DNA of 59,003 nt, counting the filler, from Basidiobolus ranarum (taxonomy: Eukaryota), in the NCBI GenBank assembly GCA_040143965.1. It is 9 parts of 9 records of this genome, joined end to end, with 100 filler letters (N's around TTAATTAATTAA, not from the genome) between each part and the next. Parts side by side here need not be neighbours in the genome. Positions count along the whole stretch, not along the records: positions 19,763 to 26,234 come from JASJQH010001310.1; positions 26,335 to 32,801 come from JASJQH010001311.1; positions 32,902 to 39,360 come from JASJQH010001312.1; 6 more parts are not named here. One strand, written 5' to 3'. The notes beneath the pieces are model-generated. The model was not told the DNA's origin. It made no database searches and saw nothing but the letters and a program-made list of their open reading frames with translations. Each line of letters begins with the position of its first letter. The first letter of the stretch is position 1. This document shows, one piece after another, positions 22,800 through 37,122 of this stretch. The translations under genes were made by a program, and so were the position numbers.

Positions 22800-25700
22800 A
22801 ATTAATTTCCTACATTGTGATCAAGCATAATACATTCCACATTGACCCTATTCAATATGCAAGTCTAATAAATTGATTCAGATCGAACTATGATTACCTT
22901 TGTTGGAGCAGTGCATATAAAATTTTCATGCAATTTCACATGATTCCAATAAGTAGGTTTGTTAACACAAACAAAAATTTTATTATGGAGAATGCGAGGA
23001 ATTTAACCCTGGTATTTAAATTCTTGGATAAATATCTTACACAAGCTAGTGCAATCTCTATTGATCCAGCCCAAAATAAGATTAGTGTCATGCTCTTCAT
23101 CTACTCTAAAAGGTCTTTCCTCATTAATCCAAAAGTAAATACTCACTTTCCTATGACCACCTTAGAAACTATATTTGAGAAAAACTCTGGCTCATATTCT
23201 CTGATACCTACCAGTAAGCAGCTAGTCAATTTGTTTTGTTACTTCAAAATATATTGTCCAATCAGTTTTCAGTGCTCTATTATTGGGTGTAAAAGTGGGA
23301 AAAGCTTCTGTACCAGGCTTTGTGTAAGTGAGAATTTTCTAGCTTCAGTGGTGAATGACTCCTAATTCCTTCCATTTCCTGCAGTTTTTCCCGATAGAGT
23401 TCATATCACAAGTATTCTTGACACATTTGCTGTGAGAGTTAATAGACCCAAAAGTAATCAAAAGCTATTCAATTCTATCAAGTACAAAGCTTACTGTGTT
23501 AAGTTCCAGGCTTTGACAGATTTGGAGGCAAACATCATTTAGTTTGAGAGGCAACACCCTGGGAGACACCACCAAACATCTGAAATTTTGTATAGCACTG
23601 AGACTTGGCAAATGGCTGACTATTGTTACTGTTTGCAATGAGAATAAGCTCTTGGATTTTGGCAAATATCCTTATAGAATTCTGCTAAAATATCCCCAAT
23701 GTGCAAAAAAAAGTGTCCTGCCACAAGTAGATGAGTCATCGTTCAAATAGATTACCCCATGGACAATATAATAATACAGCATATGTTGATCTATCTCACC
23801 AAGAAGTCCGTCTTGCAGCTTTCCTTGAAATACCATCAGATTATGACACAAATAAATTAGTCCATACTATGGAGGTACTTACTCTGTGTCCATGGATTGG
23901 GTTTTGTTGCTGTTATTGTGCTTAAACAATGTGAAAACCCATGAACAAGTTGCAAAGAGCCCCTTGTTGGAAGGTTAATATACTCTGGAGTCTCCTTAAC
24001 CCTTCACCTTACATCCATCACCGATTTGGCTGCTACATTTTAAATCAGATTAGCATATGGTAACACTGACAATTTCTCATGGAGTATCATTTCACTGCAT
24101 GTGTGCTCCATTGGGAACTCCTAGAATGTATAACCAGGGCTTATAATCCCTAAGCATTGTGAAAGATACAGAAGGAAATTATTGAATACCAGCATAGATT
24201 CAGTTTATCTTCTTCAAACCTGTAATAAAGTTTTTTGTATCCAATTACAAAAAATCTTTGCACAGTTGCTATATATGCCTGAGATCTGCCAATGTGAGTT
24301 GATGCCAAAAGAATATATTAACAATATCCACAAACAACTCATAGTGATGCCAATACTCATCAGGCAGAAATCTTTTCAACATTCCACTTGAATATATACA
24401 AAACCAATACTTCCAGTCCTTACATTTAAATAGATGCCTAGATGAGTGCATGTTGATGGGAGTCCTGGTTAAATATGATGGTATCTTGACATTTTCAAGA
24501 ATTTTATCCATCAATTCCAATTTTGGTCCCACTACAAATGGCTAAGTCATATTAAATTTTCCACTGATAGCTGAGTAAATAGTATTGGAATGTTGTTGAA
24601 TAATAAGTGCATAGTCCCTATTGGGAAGCTGTGGCTTCAGTCAATCCTCTTTAGCAATCTAATCTTAGGCTTACAGCTACTACCAAGGTTGATGTTAGAT
24701 TGACTATTTGGTATATTGCTATCAGCAATTATGTTGAAATATGACCAAAGTCTGGATGGTAAAATGAAGGAGTTTAGTTTCGTATTTGGATAGTAGCAGT
24801 GTGAATGCCTGCTAGAGAAGACTCCATTGATTTGACAAAATCTCCAGCAAGAAAGTGCATTGTGCCCACAAAAACCTCCAACTTTACTGATGGCAGGAGT
24901 GTCACCAATATATACAATGACATTAGCTTTAACAAAATATTCACCCATATGAAGTCCAATAGATAACCATTCAAATTTGGCAATCAATGGCTCCAAGAAG
25001 CTATCTATAAGCACTGGTGATTTTGGTCTGGATATGATGGATAGTATCAAAATATTATGACTCTTATACTAATCAGAAGGAGGCAGATTTAAGTTGATTA
25101 AAATTATTGGCCAGCAAGCCTTTTCAACAGTATATTTGTTTAGTAAGAAACCATCCAGAACCAATGAAAATGCATTATCATATGTGTTCTCAAAGAAACC
25201 TTGACCTTTCAGATTCTGGTAGCAATATACATCAAGTACATTGGTAAAACCATCAGCTTTATGGTGAGTCTTTGTTATGCAATCAATGATCTATGAACTT
25301 GTTCTTGGTGATAGTTCCAGATTGTGCTGTATAGAACATATTGGATAAAGTATTCTAAAATTTATGTGGCACAATTTGGCACTATCCAGTATCCCAAATG
25401 GCTCATTCATATTGAATTTTCCACTATATAGCTGATTAAGCAGTATTGGAATGTTGTTGAATAGTAAGTACATAGTGTCTATTTCGAAGCTGTGGCTTCA
25501 GCCAGTCCTCTTCAGCAATATAATCTTAGGCTTACAGCTACATCAAGGTTGATGTTAGACTGACTATTTGGTAAGTTGCTATAAGCAATCATGTTGAAGT
25601 CTGACCAAGGTCTGGATGGTAAAATCAAGGAGTTTAGTTTTGTATTTGGATAGTAGCAATGTGCATGCCTGTTAGAGAAGACTCCATTGATTTGACAAAA

Positions 25701-26234
25701 TCTCCAGCAAGATCGTGCATTGTGCCCACAAAAATCTCCAACTTTACTGATGGCAGGAGTGTCACCAATATATACAATGATATCAACATTAATAAAAAAT
25801 TCACCCATATGAACCCCATTAGATAACCGTTCAAATTCCACAATTAAAGGCTCCAAGAAGCTATCAATAAGCACTGGTGATTTAGGTCCAGATATGATGG
25901 ATAGTATCAAAATATTAGGACTCTTATACTGTTCAGAAGGGGGAAGATTTAAGTTGATTAAAATTATTGGCCAGCAAGCCGTATCAGCAGTATATTTGTT
26001 TAGTGAGAAATCATCCCAAGCCAATGTAAATTCATGATCATATGTGTTCTCAAAGAAACCTTGACTTTTCAGATTCTGGTAGTGATATCCATCAAGTATA
26101 TTGGTAATACCATCAGCTTTACAGTGAGTACTTTGGTATTGGATCAATGATCTATATTTGGGTGATTTCATCAAAACTTTAAGACGGGGAATCAATGGTA
26201 TGTAAGCCAAATATGAGTGATATTTACCTGATTC
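22800..26234 (-). mobile_element. CACTA/En-Spm (Tnp2/Transposase_21-type) transposase pseudogene with internal duplication
   Basis: AYIPLIPRLK..DG..WPIILINLNLPPSEQYK..NILILSIISGPKSP..DSFLEPLI.E..GDTPAISKV..F.GHNA..CRFC-like; downstream FKCKDWKYW and EFPME; many stops. Confidence 0.85.
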
Positions 26235-26492
26235 NNNNNNNNNNNNNNNNNNNNNNNNNNNNNNNNNNNNNNNNNNNNTTAATTAATTAANNNNNNNNNN
26301 NNNNNNNNNNNNNNNNNNNNNNNNNNNNNNNNNNACTTGCTGAAAACGTATCAAAAAAGCAGCCACCATAGTTGCATTGCTGGTATTAGTTACTGAGAAT
26401 GAACCTGTCTACTCTACTGAACAAAGTAAAGAGTCATTGTTTGCTTCTATACTCCTCAATTGGATTAGGGTGAAGAGAATAAAGGCCATAGC

Positions 26493-26903
26493 TGCAGAAA
26501 TTAGCATAGCCTAAATATCTATATAGTCGTATATAGCTTAGTATTTAGTTGTTCCATATTCCACTAAGATATCACCCACTATTCTCAATCGGAATTTACT
26601 TGGTTCTCTGATAAATAGATTTCTCAGACTTGTGTTAGAAGCCCCAAACTTCGCACACATGTTCCTGCGACCTTCCTCAACACTTTCTACACATTTGTTT
26701 GTTTACATCCTGACAAAACTATAAATATCAACTTTCAACTCAATAAACCAATAAGTGAAAACCACCAATTTCAAGTCAAGTTTGAAAAATCTATATAACT
26801 GAGAACTTCTAAGTAAATTCCGATTGAGAATAGTGGGTGATATTGTAGTGAAATGTGGAATCACTAAATACTAGGCTATCCCCTAACAATGCTAGTTTCA
26901 ATA
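26493..26903. mobile_element. Fold-back structure made of two oppositely oriented family A LTR pieces
   Basis: Forward LTR 26493-26772 followed by the reverse 5' third of the LTR, 26775-26903. Confidence 0.75.
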
Positions 26904-27367
26904 AAATTACAAAGTTAATTCATTTTACACAGAAATATGAGCTTTCCAAGCACATGTGGAGATCACCTACTAAAAACAAATTCAAGGCCATCTGGAATAG
27001 CACTTTGTTAGGTACTAGGCAATGGTAATTATGGCTGCTCTATGATTATGTTGCTTGACATGAAAAACTTACTACAAAGTAAACGCTAACAGCTATATCT
27101 GTCGCCATTGTGATCCTAGTACTCTTAAAAATGCTGCAAGTTAAATAAATTTATCTTGCCCCACATCGTGAATATATATATACTAAATACTTGTGCATAT
27201 TATTAATGACCAAAGGTAAAGTTTCCCCATGGTTTTTAGATATGCCATATACCCAATGATAACATGTGACTATTCGATGTGGCTTTGGGAAATAAAACTG
27301 AGGAAAATACAAGTGTTGTACTCTATTGGTTAGTCAAAGATTATTGATACAGAAATAGCGAGAAACT

Positions 27368-28163
27368 ATGCAACGGACACTCCTTATGACTCCTCTGGTG
27401 CCTTTCAGCGTGAAAAAATTTATCAAGCTCGAGGCATTTCATAAGATAAACAAATCTTCATATTCTACGAAAGATAATATTAGGGAGTATTTCTATCATA
27501 TTGATGTTCATGGTCAGTTGTACTTAGAGGATACGAAGCCTAAAAATTTCACCACTTGTAAGTTTCAACTTGTCTCGTCATATGTTTTCTGTAATTACTC
27601 TATCTTAGGAATGGAAATATGTTCTTTTTATTGTACTCTGACTGAAACCAGTTTTTAGGCTTCAAAGATAAGCGATTTTTGGACTTCTTTTTTCAGAGAT
27701 TGCGTACCAATAATACAGGCCGTAATGATAAATATCCCTACATAAGCCCGTGTGGTAAGGAATGGAACTTTATAGCGAGCGAGGACGCTCCAATAGTATT
27801 CACTGACTTCGCTGCTGATGGTGAGAGAGTTGTAATCTTCATAGAACTGTTCTTTATTTTTCTCTATAGGATTTTCAAAGTGCAAGTAAAGCTAATCTTC
27901 GCAACGTTATAGAGAAGCACCTCATCTGGGCTGGTGATAAACAGTTCCTCTTTGCTCCCGACAAAATAGTTGTTTCTAACAAGACAGGTAGAATATATCA
28001 CCCAACACCTAAAGCGCTCCCTGGTCGACATGATTACGAAAATATTGCCTTGTTGAAATCCTCTCTAGTTCTATCCAAATTCGCTGAACACTTGGATTTA
28101 GAGAAACACTCGTTTGTCTGGAAAGGTACAACTTACCCAATTGAACTAAGTGATCAATTTTAG
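27368..28163 (+). CDS. UPF0598 / C8orf82 (DUF4505)-like protein, 3 exons, possible mitochondrial presequence
   Basis: REYFYHIDVHGQLYLEDTKPKNFTT|CFKDKRFLDFFFQRLRTN..YPYISPCGKEWNFI..EDAPIVF..GRIYHP. Confidence 0.85.
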
Positions 28164-28357
28164 CTTACTTCCAGTAACTTTGGATTTTCAAATACGAACT
28201 TGAATAAATTCCAAGATCATTTCAAACTAACATCACTACACCTGATTCTAATGAGATCCTGTAATCGCCCTATGTCAGAAAGCATGAGGGGCTGCGAGTT
28301 TGTGGTCAATGAAAGTTGACTAATAGCTAAACGCTACTGTTAGGATGTGTTGGATGG

Positions 28358-30358
28358 TTAATGGCTGGATTTATTAAAATTGGGAATTTCAATTGTCCAG
28401 TTATGAAATATTCGGTTCATTTCAGAGCGACTTTTTTCGGAATGGACATTGACTGTAGGTATGATTTTCCTTGGTCGAACGATTTGTACAAATTCTTGAA
28501 GTTCTAAGTAACTAGAGTGCTCTGAATACGGTACATCGTAAATGGATATATTTCCATGCGTTCTAGGCTTAATATCGTTTAGCCCAGATCCTTTAAAGGC
28601 CCATCCGGTTGGTCGGATTCCTATGATGGCATTAAAATGCGTTGAATGGTCCTTAAGGTAGTTGCTTAGCGTCTATGGATATGCAAGAGGTTGTTAGTTA
28701 CTGAAAAGCCTGTGCTCGATGTGGTTTATACTAACTCCGGGATTCAGTGTTCGCATAGGGACAATGTGTACATTAGTACTGGCTGGCTCAGAGGTGAGTA
28801 GACCTTGTAGCTCTGACCATTCGAGCTGGCTCAGCGTGTTTCGCTTTCTTTGGTCTCCATAAATCTTCTTCTCTATTGCCTTAGCGATTCCTAGAGTTCA
28901 AATATTCCATACATTAGTGGGAGGCCTACAACTACCACTAGAATCGAGCTTTACCCAAGACAATTCGTTCTTTTCCAATCAAGTAAGTTCCAACTGCAAT
29001 TAAAACCTTGGGATTTCTTTGAAATCTTTCTCGCATCAAGTTGGAAACATGTCTTACAACGTCTAATTGAGGTGGAAACTTGTACTGCTCTTTACAATAA
29101 GTAGTGTCTAAATATAGAATATCTATGAAACTTCGATTGAAGCTGTGTGCTCCTTGTGGTGATGCCTTCAGAAATGGGTTCAATGCCAATTCCTTTGAGG
29201 CACGGAAATCCCCGGTATGAAGATACGTTTTACCGTTCATTAATTTGAACAAGAAGACTGCCGAACCAGGGCAATGGTTAGCATCTAATAAAATCACTTT
29301 TACTCCTTGAACATCTACCTCTTGGTTGAACGGTAACCTCACAATCATATTGTCAGGTACTCCGATATGCAATCGAAGTAGATTTCCAGTTACCGAAGAG
29401 CAATAGATAGGTCCATGGTTAAATCCCTTGGTAATACCACGATAGTGATCCGAATGATAATGACTAAGGAAATAACCAGTGCAATTCTCAATCTTTCCGT
29501 AGCAAAAGGCATCCATTGTAAAACTAGTATCCGGTAGTTTTTTATAGAATGGGCAACTGCGGGTTTTACTCGCTTTTCCACCTTCATTTTCGACTCGTGG
29601 TTTTTTATCCTGGGCTTTGGCGTCCGCATTTGAAATGCGTTTTCCCGTTGATTCACCATTGGTTGACTTTCGTGAATTACCATCCAGTAGCTGTTTCCAT
29701 AATGTAACTTGTTCGTGTTTTGGAGTGATATTAGATTTCTCAACTTTAAGACTTTCATTATTAGGTGTCAATTCTACTCGAGTCAAGGAAGCCCCGACTT
29801 CCTGGCAATTTGAATTGGTATGTGATTGTGTTGGTGAAGTTGGAGGAGTAAAACAAGAATCCAAGCACTCATTGACGTGAGTTTCTCGCTCCTGTTAAAT
29901 CATGCAAGGTTGAGTTGAAGTTTTTGTTTGGGATATACAGCTTGAATTACCTGCAAGGTAAATTTTAACAAATTCTGTTTACAGAGTGGACAAGAAATTT
30001 CCTAGAAAAAAACAAGCGTCGAAAGTTAGTACAAAAGCAGGATAATCTTTTAAAAATCACTATATTCGGAAGAGAAGAATTTTACTTGGTTTAGAGAGAC
30101 TTGGTGAGATTGAATGGAGATTTCTTCCTCCATAAGAGAGTTAAATGTTTCTTGATTTTTCTGATTCGCATCCTTTTCTTTACTCAAAGTCACTGCTTCC
30201 TTTGTGACATCACTGGGAGATTCCCATTCTTTGCTTGAAATAGTGGGGATTTCTCGGTCACTTTTTGAACTTTGACTATTAGATTGAGCTCTATTTTTCT
30301 TCTGGGGTGTGACTAGAATTGTGTCTTGACTAAAATCGTCATCTGACCAAGCTTCCAT
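28358..30358 (-). CDS. PSO2: DNA cross-link repair nuclease SNM1A/Pso2 (metallo-beta-lactamase/beta-CASP)
   Basis: CPFYKKLP..DAFCYG..FLSHYHSDHYRG..LDANHCPGS..LHTGDFR..LYLDTTY..IGKER..RPTGW..VPYSEHSS..IPTVN. Confidence 0.92.
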
Positions 30359-32544
30359 ACTTCGGTGATACGTTGTTAGTGAGAGTTTCTGCCCAATTTC
30401 ATGGAAAAAAGAGTGTGACTTTCATCTCAGTGATATTCATCAATTGCCGCAATTTGTTGGTTCGATCTGAAGTAGGTATTGGTTGATCGCCTATTATTGC
30501 ATAGAAATACGGTGTCCATATAGAAAAAAGTGATGAGGTCTAACCAATGGTACATGAAAGATAATAAAATAGAGCTACACATGGACATCCTCCAGATCGT
30601 GGTCTGCTATCTGAATTAAGATGGTAAGATGCGCCTAAATCGTAACAACTAATTGAATGAGCTGAGTTCATGCGAATCTACATGATCTTTAGCACTCATA
30701 GTATAGACATTTATTTCAGATCCTTGGACGTTACAGCTTTGGCTTATTTAAAGTTTTTGAATTTTTTGGGCATGAAGATAAGCTTAGATATCAGGTTCAC
30801 TAGTACATCTGTTTGTATTTGGTTAGCATCAAGTGCCCACAGTTAAAGTATGTTGTACCGCATGACTGCACGCTTGTAGATGTTGAGTATTTGTTGTCGG
30901 TGACTGGTAGTGCATCAAATATCCCTCAATGCTAGCTACGCATTTGGTAATGTCGTGAAACTTATCAGGTACCGTAGTGATCCTTAATGATGGATTATAA
31001 ATAGTATGCAGCGTGGAATGACTCCCTCTTGGCTGTAACTCTGGTGGATAATGGGATAGCTATAGAAGCGTCAACGCTTAATAGTAGTTCGGAAATTGCT
31101 ACGCCAAGAGCTTGATCAGTAACTTGAAAGCAATAGTTAACAAACAGCTCTTATCCACCAATATTTTATGACCATTTCTGCTTCAACAAACAAAGTGGAG
31201 TATTTACCAGTAGCTTGCAGGCATGAGGCAATTTCATTACAAAGCTTTAGTGGACATGTAAAATGAAATATGCAGTTAGTTACTTAATGCACTATGTAGC
31301 AACCAATCAACATTCTCTTGTGCCGTAGCTCTTAAGATGCTGCCCACATCAGGAATAAAGAAACCTGATTTAGATCTTTCTAAATAAAGTGATTGGTCTT
31401 AAAATGTTGCCAAAGACTTGCTGCTAAGATCTAAGTTCTGGGCACACAATGTGGGACAAGGAGACTTCTTTTGCTACAAATGGTCTATGCTGAAGGCGCG
31501 AAGATCCAGCGAATCGGCCCACGATTTGTAATATCCAGAGCTGTAGCCTTGGTACAGAAATCTGCGTAAAATTCAGCGATGATCTAATATGCCGAACACA
31601 CATTGTGTGCAGAAACACGTTCTGTGACTGCTAGAGTATTATATAGCCTTGACACACAGATTCGCCCATTTCTGTTACTATCTCATACCCCCATCCCTGT
31701 AGACGCTCGTATACATAAGAAATAGCGTAAACAAGTATTTGATGAAAAGTTGGCAAAACAAGTGATATGCATTGGTAGGGGCCATGAGAACAAGGCATCA
31801 GTTCTTAATTTAATGTATTATGGTTTAGCTAATGAACATGCGAAATTAAAATATGTAGGAATGCGGAGCAAAGTCTCAGAAAACATTTACTTGGAGAAGT
31901 GGCACAAAACGATATGAAATTCTGGGATCCGAACTACGAACATATTGCAAAACATTGCCCCCTAAATTAGTGCATAACAAGTTGTATGGTTTATTGAAAT
32001 TCCGCTTTAAGATATCCCATTCGTCAATTCCTTCTCCTGGTTCCTATATTAGGTACTCATCTTTGAACATGTTGCGCAGGTGTTTAGAGGTGTACTATAT
32101 ACTGTAGGTCTCGATCCCACTATTCCACTCCTTCATCATTGTTTCCTTTGATAACACGTACTTTTACCTTAGATATCCATCGTTTCTTCATCTTTAATTT
32201 CATGTTTGTCCATCTTCCTTGGAGTCAATATTCTTATTAAACCGTTTCGTCTCAAGTGGGTCTACTCGTATTTCCTTGTATTGCAGTTTTGTTCGATATA
32301 CCTTTGACTGACGCATAGAGCTTCGCAGTCTTAACCCTTCGTACCTTCACCTTAGATCTAAAGCGTAATATTCTGAACACCAGTAATATCTCTGATTTCG
32401 TGTACTTCTTTTCTTTGGCTTCCAGTTTTATCGTAGAGGCACATCAAAGAGCCCTATCTTGTGTAAGACAATAGGGACCTCCGGATATATAGTTTCTTCT
32501 ACGGGAAGTCTTAAAATCGATAGTGTTAATTATTCTCACTTACT

Positions 32545-32769
32545 ATGTATTGCAACGAGTCACCAGTATCTGCGACTCGTGAGGCCCGCTCTAGACATAT
32601 GTCAGTTCCTGCATCTTTGATGCCGCCAAAAAACTTACCAAGTCATTCACAATTCAAGCCACACCGTAGACCCGGTCCTATGTTTGGGCCTTACATAGTT
32701 TTGCAAACTCTAGGCGAAGGGGAATTCGCTAAAGTAAAGTTGGGGATTCATACTCAAACAGGACGAGAG
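32545..32769 (+). CDS. First exon of a CAMKL-group Ser/Thr kinase (KIN4/Ppk1-like), truncated by contig end
   Basis: FGPYIVLQTLGEGEFAKVKLGIHTQTGRE followed by a GT donor. Confidence 0.75.
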
Positions 32770-33764
32770 GTATAACTAGATCTAAAATAAGGAAAATCCA
32801 GNNNNNNNNNNNNNNNNNNNNNNNNNNNNNNNNNNNNNNNNNNNNTTAATTAATTAANNNNNNNNNNNNNNNNNNNNNNNNNNNNNNNNNNNNNNNNNNN
32901 NACGTAATCTACTTTTGGTGGGACAAATTTTATGTCCTGACCAAATTTTTCTTTAAGTTTGTGTTCGAATTTTTGTAATACGTAATCGTGGGCATGACAA
33001 ATGTTAGTAAAGATACGGAATACATCAGTTTTTGTAAATCAAATTCCAATGTTCATCGACAAATACTCTCAAATCCGATCCAGAGCTACGAGATGAAGTT
33101 GTTATCGAAGGTTGGGTCATCAAGTGCATGACTCTTAGACACTCATGCTAAGGAATTGCATGTAGTACCGATACCAGCCATACTCATGGTTACCATTATA
33201 CCGTCAGTTTCAGCTACATCTATGATCCCGCCATATACAACTCGGTGTTTTCACAGGTCGGAAGCAAAGGTACTTGTTACTATGTCTAAAGCTTTCCTCG
33301 CTAAAACTTAGAATGCTCGTGATGGGAAGCTTTTACTGACTGTCTTCGCTGACTTCATTCCATTAATTGGCGATGAAGTGATTAAACCGGGATTGGATTT
33401 GGCCCGTCGCTAAATAGGAAAATCGTCCAGGGTGCTATGATCCACAATTTGATAAATAAGGGTTCAGGATGCAATGACGAGAGAAAATAGGCCCATTTTC
33501 CATGAGTTTTCTCGAGGGTAAAGACAGGTGGCATATCGGTAAGTAAGGGTAAATAAAAACTCTCTCACGGTTAGGGTATATTCCTAAAGTGAAACGGTTG
33601 TATATTTCAACTTGATATGAGTAATATATATCTACAATCAATGACTGAATACTATGGCTCACTAAACATGGTCACACGTGAATTGGTAGCCATTTTCTCC
33701 AAAACCGTAGTTCTTATATATATATCCATTCTTCCAGGCTTTTACCTCAGTACTCTGTAAGAAT

Positions 33765-36371
33765 ATGTTTGCCAAACTTAGACACGCCCCGCGGTTTTCC
33801 GCTAACGTATTGTTGGCTCGCCAAACTGCACTTACTCTTCGTCCTGCCTCCTACCAACTTATTCATACCACAGCTACCGTTTTCAAAGCTAGTGTCCAAG
33901 AAAACATTGACTATGGAAAAGTAAGGTTCTTCTCATATTGCACTTCTTCTTGCTCTAATAAACTAAACGGTTCATTTTAGACATTCGACAAAATTCTAAT
34001 TGCAAATCGCGGGGAAATCGCTTGCAGAGTCATTCGTACTTGTAAAAAAATGGGTATCAAAACTGTGGCCATTTACTCGGACGCCGATGCCAACAGTCTT
34101 CACGTTAAGTTAGCTGACGAAGCATACAACGTGGTATGTATGCATAGAAAGAAAATTCAAGTCTAAAAGTTATATTGAAACCTTTCGTTTTTCTCTCTTA
34201 GGGGCCCGCTCCAACCAACCAAAGTTATTTAAATGTCCCCGCCATTTTAAAAGCTATCAAGGATAGTGGTGCTAAAGCTGTTCATCCTGGTAACAAACTG
34301 AAAAGTTTTCGTACTAGACACAGACCACATAATTAAACTTCATTTACCGTCACAAATAGGTTATGGCTTTTTATCTGAAAATGCCTCTTTCGTCCAGACG
34401 TTAGAGAAGGAGGGCGTCACCTTCATCGGTCCTGGTGAATACGCTATGGGTGCTATGGGTGACAAAATTCAGAGCAAAATCATTGCTAAAGAAGCTGGGG
34501 TTAGTACCATTCCCGGTTTCAATGGAGTGGTCAGAGATGCCAACCATGCTTTGGAAATTGGTAAGAGTCTTGTCTATTGCTAGTATGATGGTATATACTC
34601 TGACATTTGAATCCTATCAGCACATGACATTGGCTACCCTGTGATGCTGAAGGCCTCTGCTGGTGGAGGTGGTAAAGGAATGCGTATTGCCTGGTAAGCC
34701 ATGGAGAGCTCTTTTTCAAAGTGGTGTGCTGTTACTAACTCCATATTCTTTCATCGTATTTAGGAATGATGAAGAAGTTATCTCTGGCTTTAAGATTGCC
34801 TCCAGCGAATCTATGTCTAGCTTTGGCGATAACAGATTGCTGGTCGAGAAATACGTAGACAACCCACGTCACATTGAAATCCAACTTCTAGCTGATAAAC
34901 ATGATCATGTTGTGTACTTACCCGAAAGAGAATGCTCTATTCAACGTCGTAACCAGAAGGTTATCGAAGAGGCACCTAGTACTCATATAGATGAAGCCAC
35001 CAGAAAGGCCATGGGCGAACAAGCCGTCGCATTAGCTAGGAAAGTTGGGTACTCCTCTGCTGGTAAGTTATTTACGAATGCTCCATTGATAATAGTCGTG
35101 CTCATTCATTTGCATCATCAGGTACTGTTGAATTCTTGGTTGATTCTCAAAGAAACTTCTATTTCTTGGAAATGAACACTCGTCTTCAAGTCGAACATCC
35201 CATCACAGAATACATCTCTGGCGTTGATCTTGTTGAACAGATGATTCGAGTTGCTGCTGGCCAGAAATTGGCCCTAAAGCAAGAAGATCTTACTATCAAT
35301 GGTTGGGCTATTGAGTCTAGAGTGTATGCTGAAGACCCTGAAAAGTATCTTCCTTCCATTGGTCACCTAAGCAAGTATATCGAACCCAAGAGCTTGAAAG
35401 GCAAGAATGAGGTTAGATGCGACAGCGGTATTGTTGAAGGAAGTGAAATTAGCATTTACTACGACCCCATGATTTGTAAACTTTGCACCCATGGTGATAC
35501 CAGAGATGAAGCTATTGAGAATATGAAGAAAGCTCTTGATTCCTACGTCATTAAGGGTGTTACTCACAACATTCCTTTACTTCGCGAGGTTGTTTCTCAT
35601 CCTAGATTCGCCAGCGGTAATATATCTACCAAATTTTTGGCGGAGGAGTATCCAGAAGGATTTAAGGGACACTCCCTCAACCCAGATTCTTTATCTGAGC
35701 TTGCGACGGTGGCTGCTCTTGTTTATGCCAAACGTGACATTCGCAATAGGGCGTTCGGCGAACATATTAACCTTACTGAACTTGAGTCCAAGGTACCTCA
35801 AGAATGGGATCTGTTTGTGAATCCTACTCCCACCCAGAAGGATCAGGCTGTTAAAGTCAAGATTATGAGGGACGGACCCGTTTCACTTGATTCCGACACC
35901 AAATTCTTGATTTCCATCAATAACCAAGAAGCAGTACCCGTTGAAGCCTCCTGGGACCTTGAATCACCTCTAGTCAATGCCCGTGTCAACAGCAAAGAGG
36001 TATCTGTACAATACCTTGACTCACTTCCATTAGGTTTCAAACTCCAACACTATGGCACAAAGTTCGACGTTTCTGTTCTCAACGAGGCTCAACAGAAGTA
36101 CTCCGTTCACATGAAGGAGAAACCCAAGCCCGATATGGCTAAATTCTTGATCTCACCTATGCCCGGCAGCGTCGTCAGTATTGCCGTCAAGCCTGGAGAT
36201 GTTATTGCTGAAGGAGCGGAATTAGCAGTTGTCGAGGCCATGAAGATGCAGAACGTCTTACGTGCCACCCGTGTAGGCAAAGTAAAGAAAGTCTATACCC
36301 AACCTGGCTCAAGTGTTGGTGCTGACGAGGTCCTCATTGAGTTCGAGGATGACAAAGCGGAAACCAAATAA
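33765..36371 (+). CDS. PCCA: Propionyl-CoA carboxylase alpha subunit, mitochondrial (biotin carboxylase + BCCP), 7 exons
   Basis: Arg-rich presequence; [53 protein letters not shown]-type [11 protein letters not shown]...[16 protein letters not shown]; biotinylation motif EAMKM. Confidence 0.92.
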
Positions 36372-37122
36372 GTAGCCCAACTCATACAATCACAAACCAA
36401 TTCATTCGCAACAAGATTCGTTTGATGGCAATGATACACAATTTATTCGTCAATTGATTTACGATCAACAAGTAACCTCCCAACATCTGAATACCTCTTC
36501 ATTCACTAAAGCCCTATTTTCCCCATGACTTCGGTCATTTCACTTCGCTATCTTCTCTTTCTTACGATCACCTTGGTTGCACAAGTGTATAGCATTTTTA
36601 GACACATTTTGTTAAATAAAAATGACATTTTCAAATTGCCAATAAGCGCATGCCAAACTTGATAGCTCCGGTATTAAACATTTGGGTAGCGTCGAAATTA
36701 AACACGAACAAACTCAGCCGCTTTATAGCCCTGTCATGTGGTGACTTTTAATGAACTGATATGTCACGGGCGTCATCCAACTTGATTAGTGATGCGATGG
36801 AAGCAGGCCAAAGCCAATGTTTTAAGTGAATTTATGGACAACAAATAGCTAGTCGACCAATTTTATTGTGAAGAGTCTCAAGCAGACATGGCCATTCGCG
36901 CGTTACTCTCGAAATCCGATTCCAATACAAAGAGATTAAATATATTGATCCATGTGTAATTGAATGGACGTAAAATATTGGAGTTCGAAAAAAATCCTTG
37001 ATCAATGGTCAGAGATCCAATCAAAACTTTCTCTCGGTAAGACTAATAAAATGAATGTTTGCACTGAAAATTTCCCTCTCTTTCACACCCCTTTGAAGTC
37101 GTTTTGATAACTTTCATCCATC

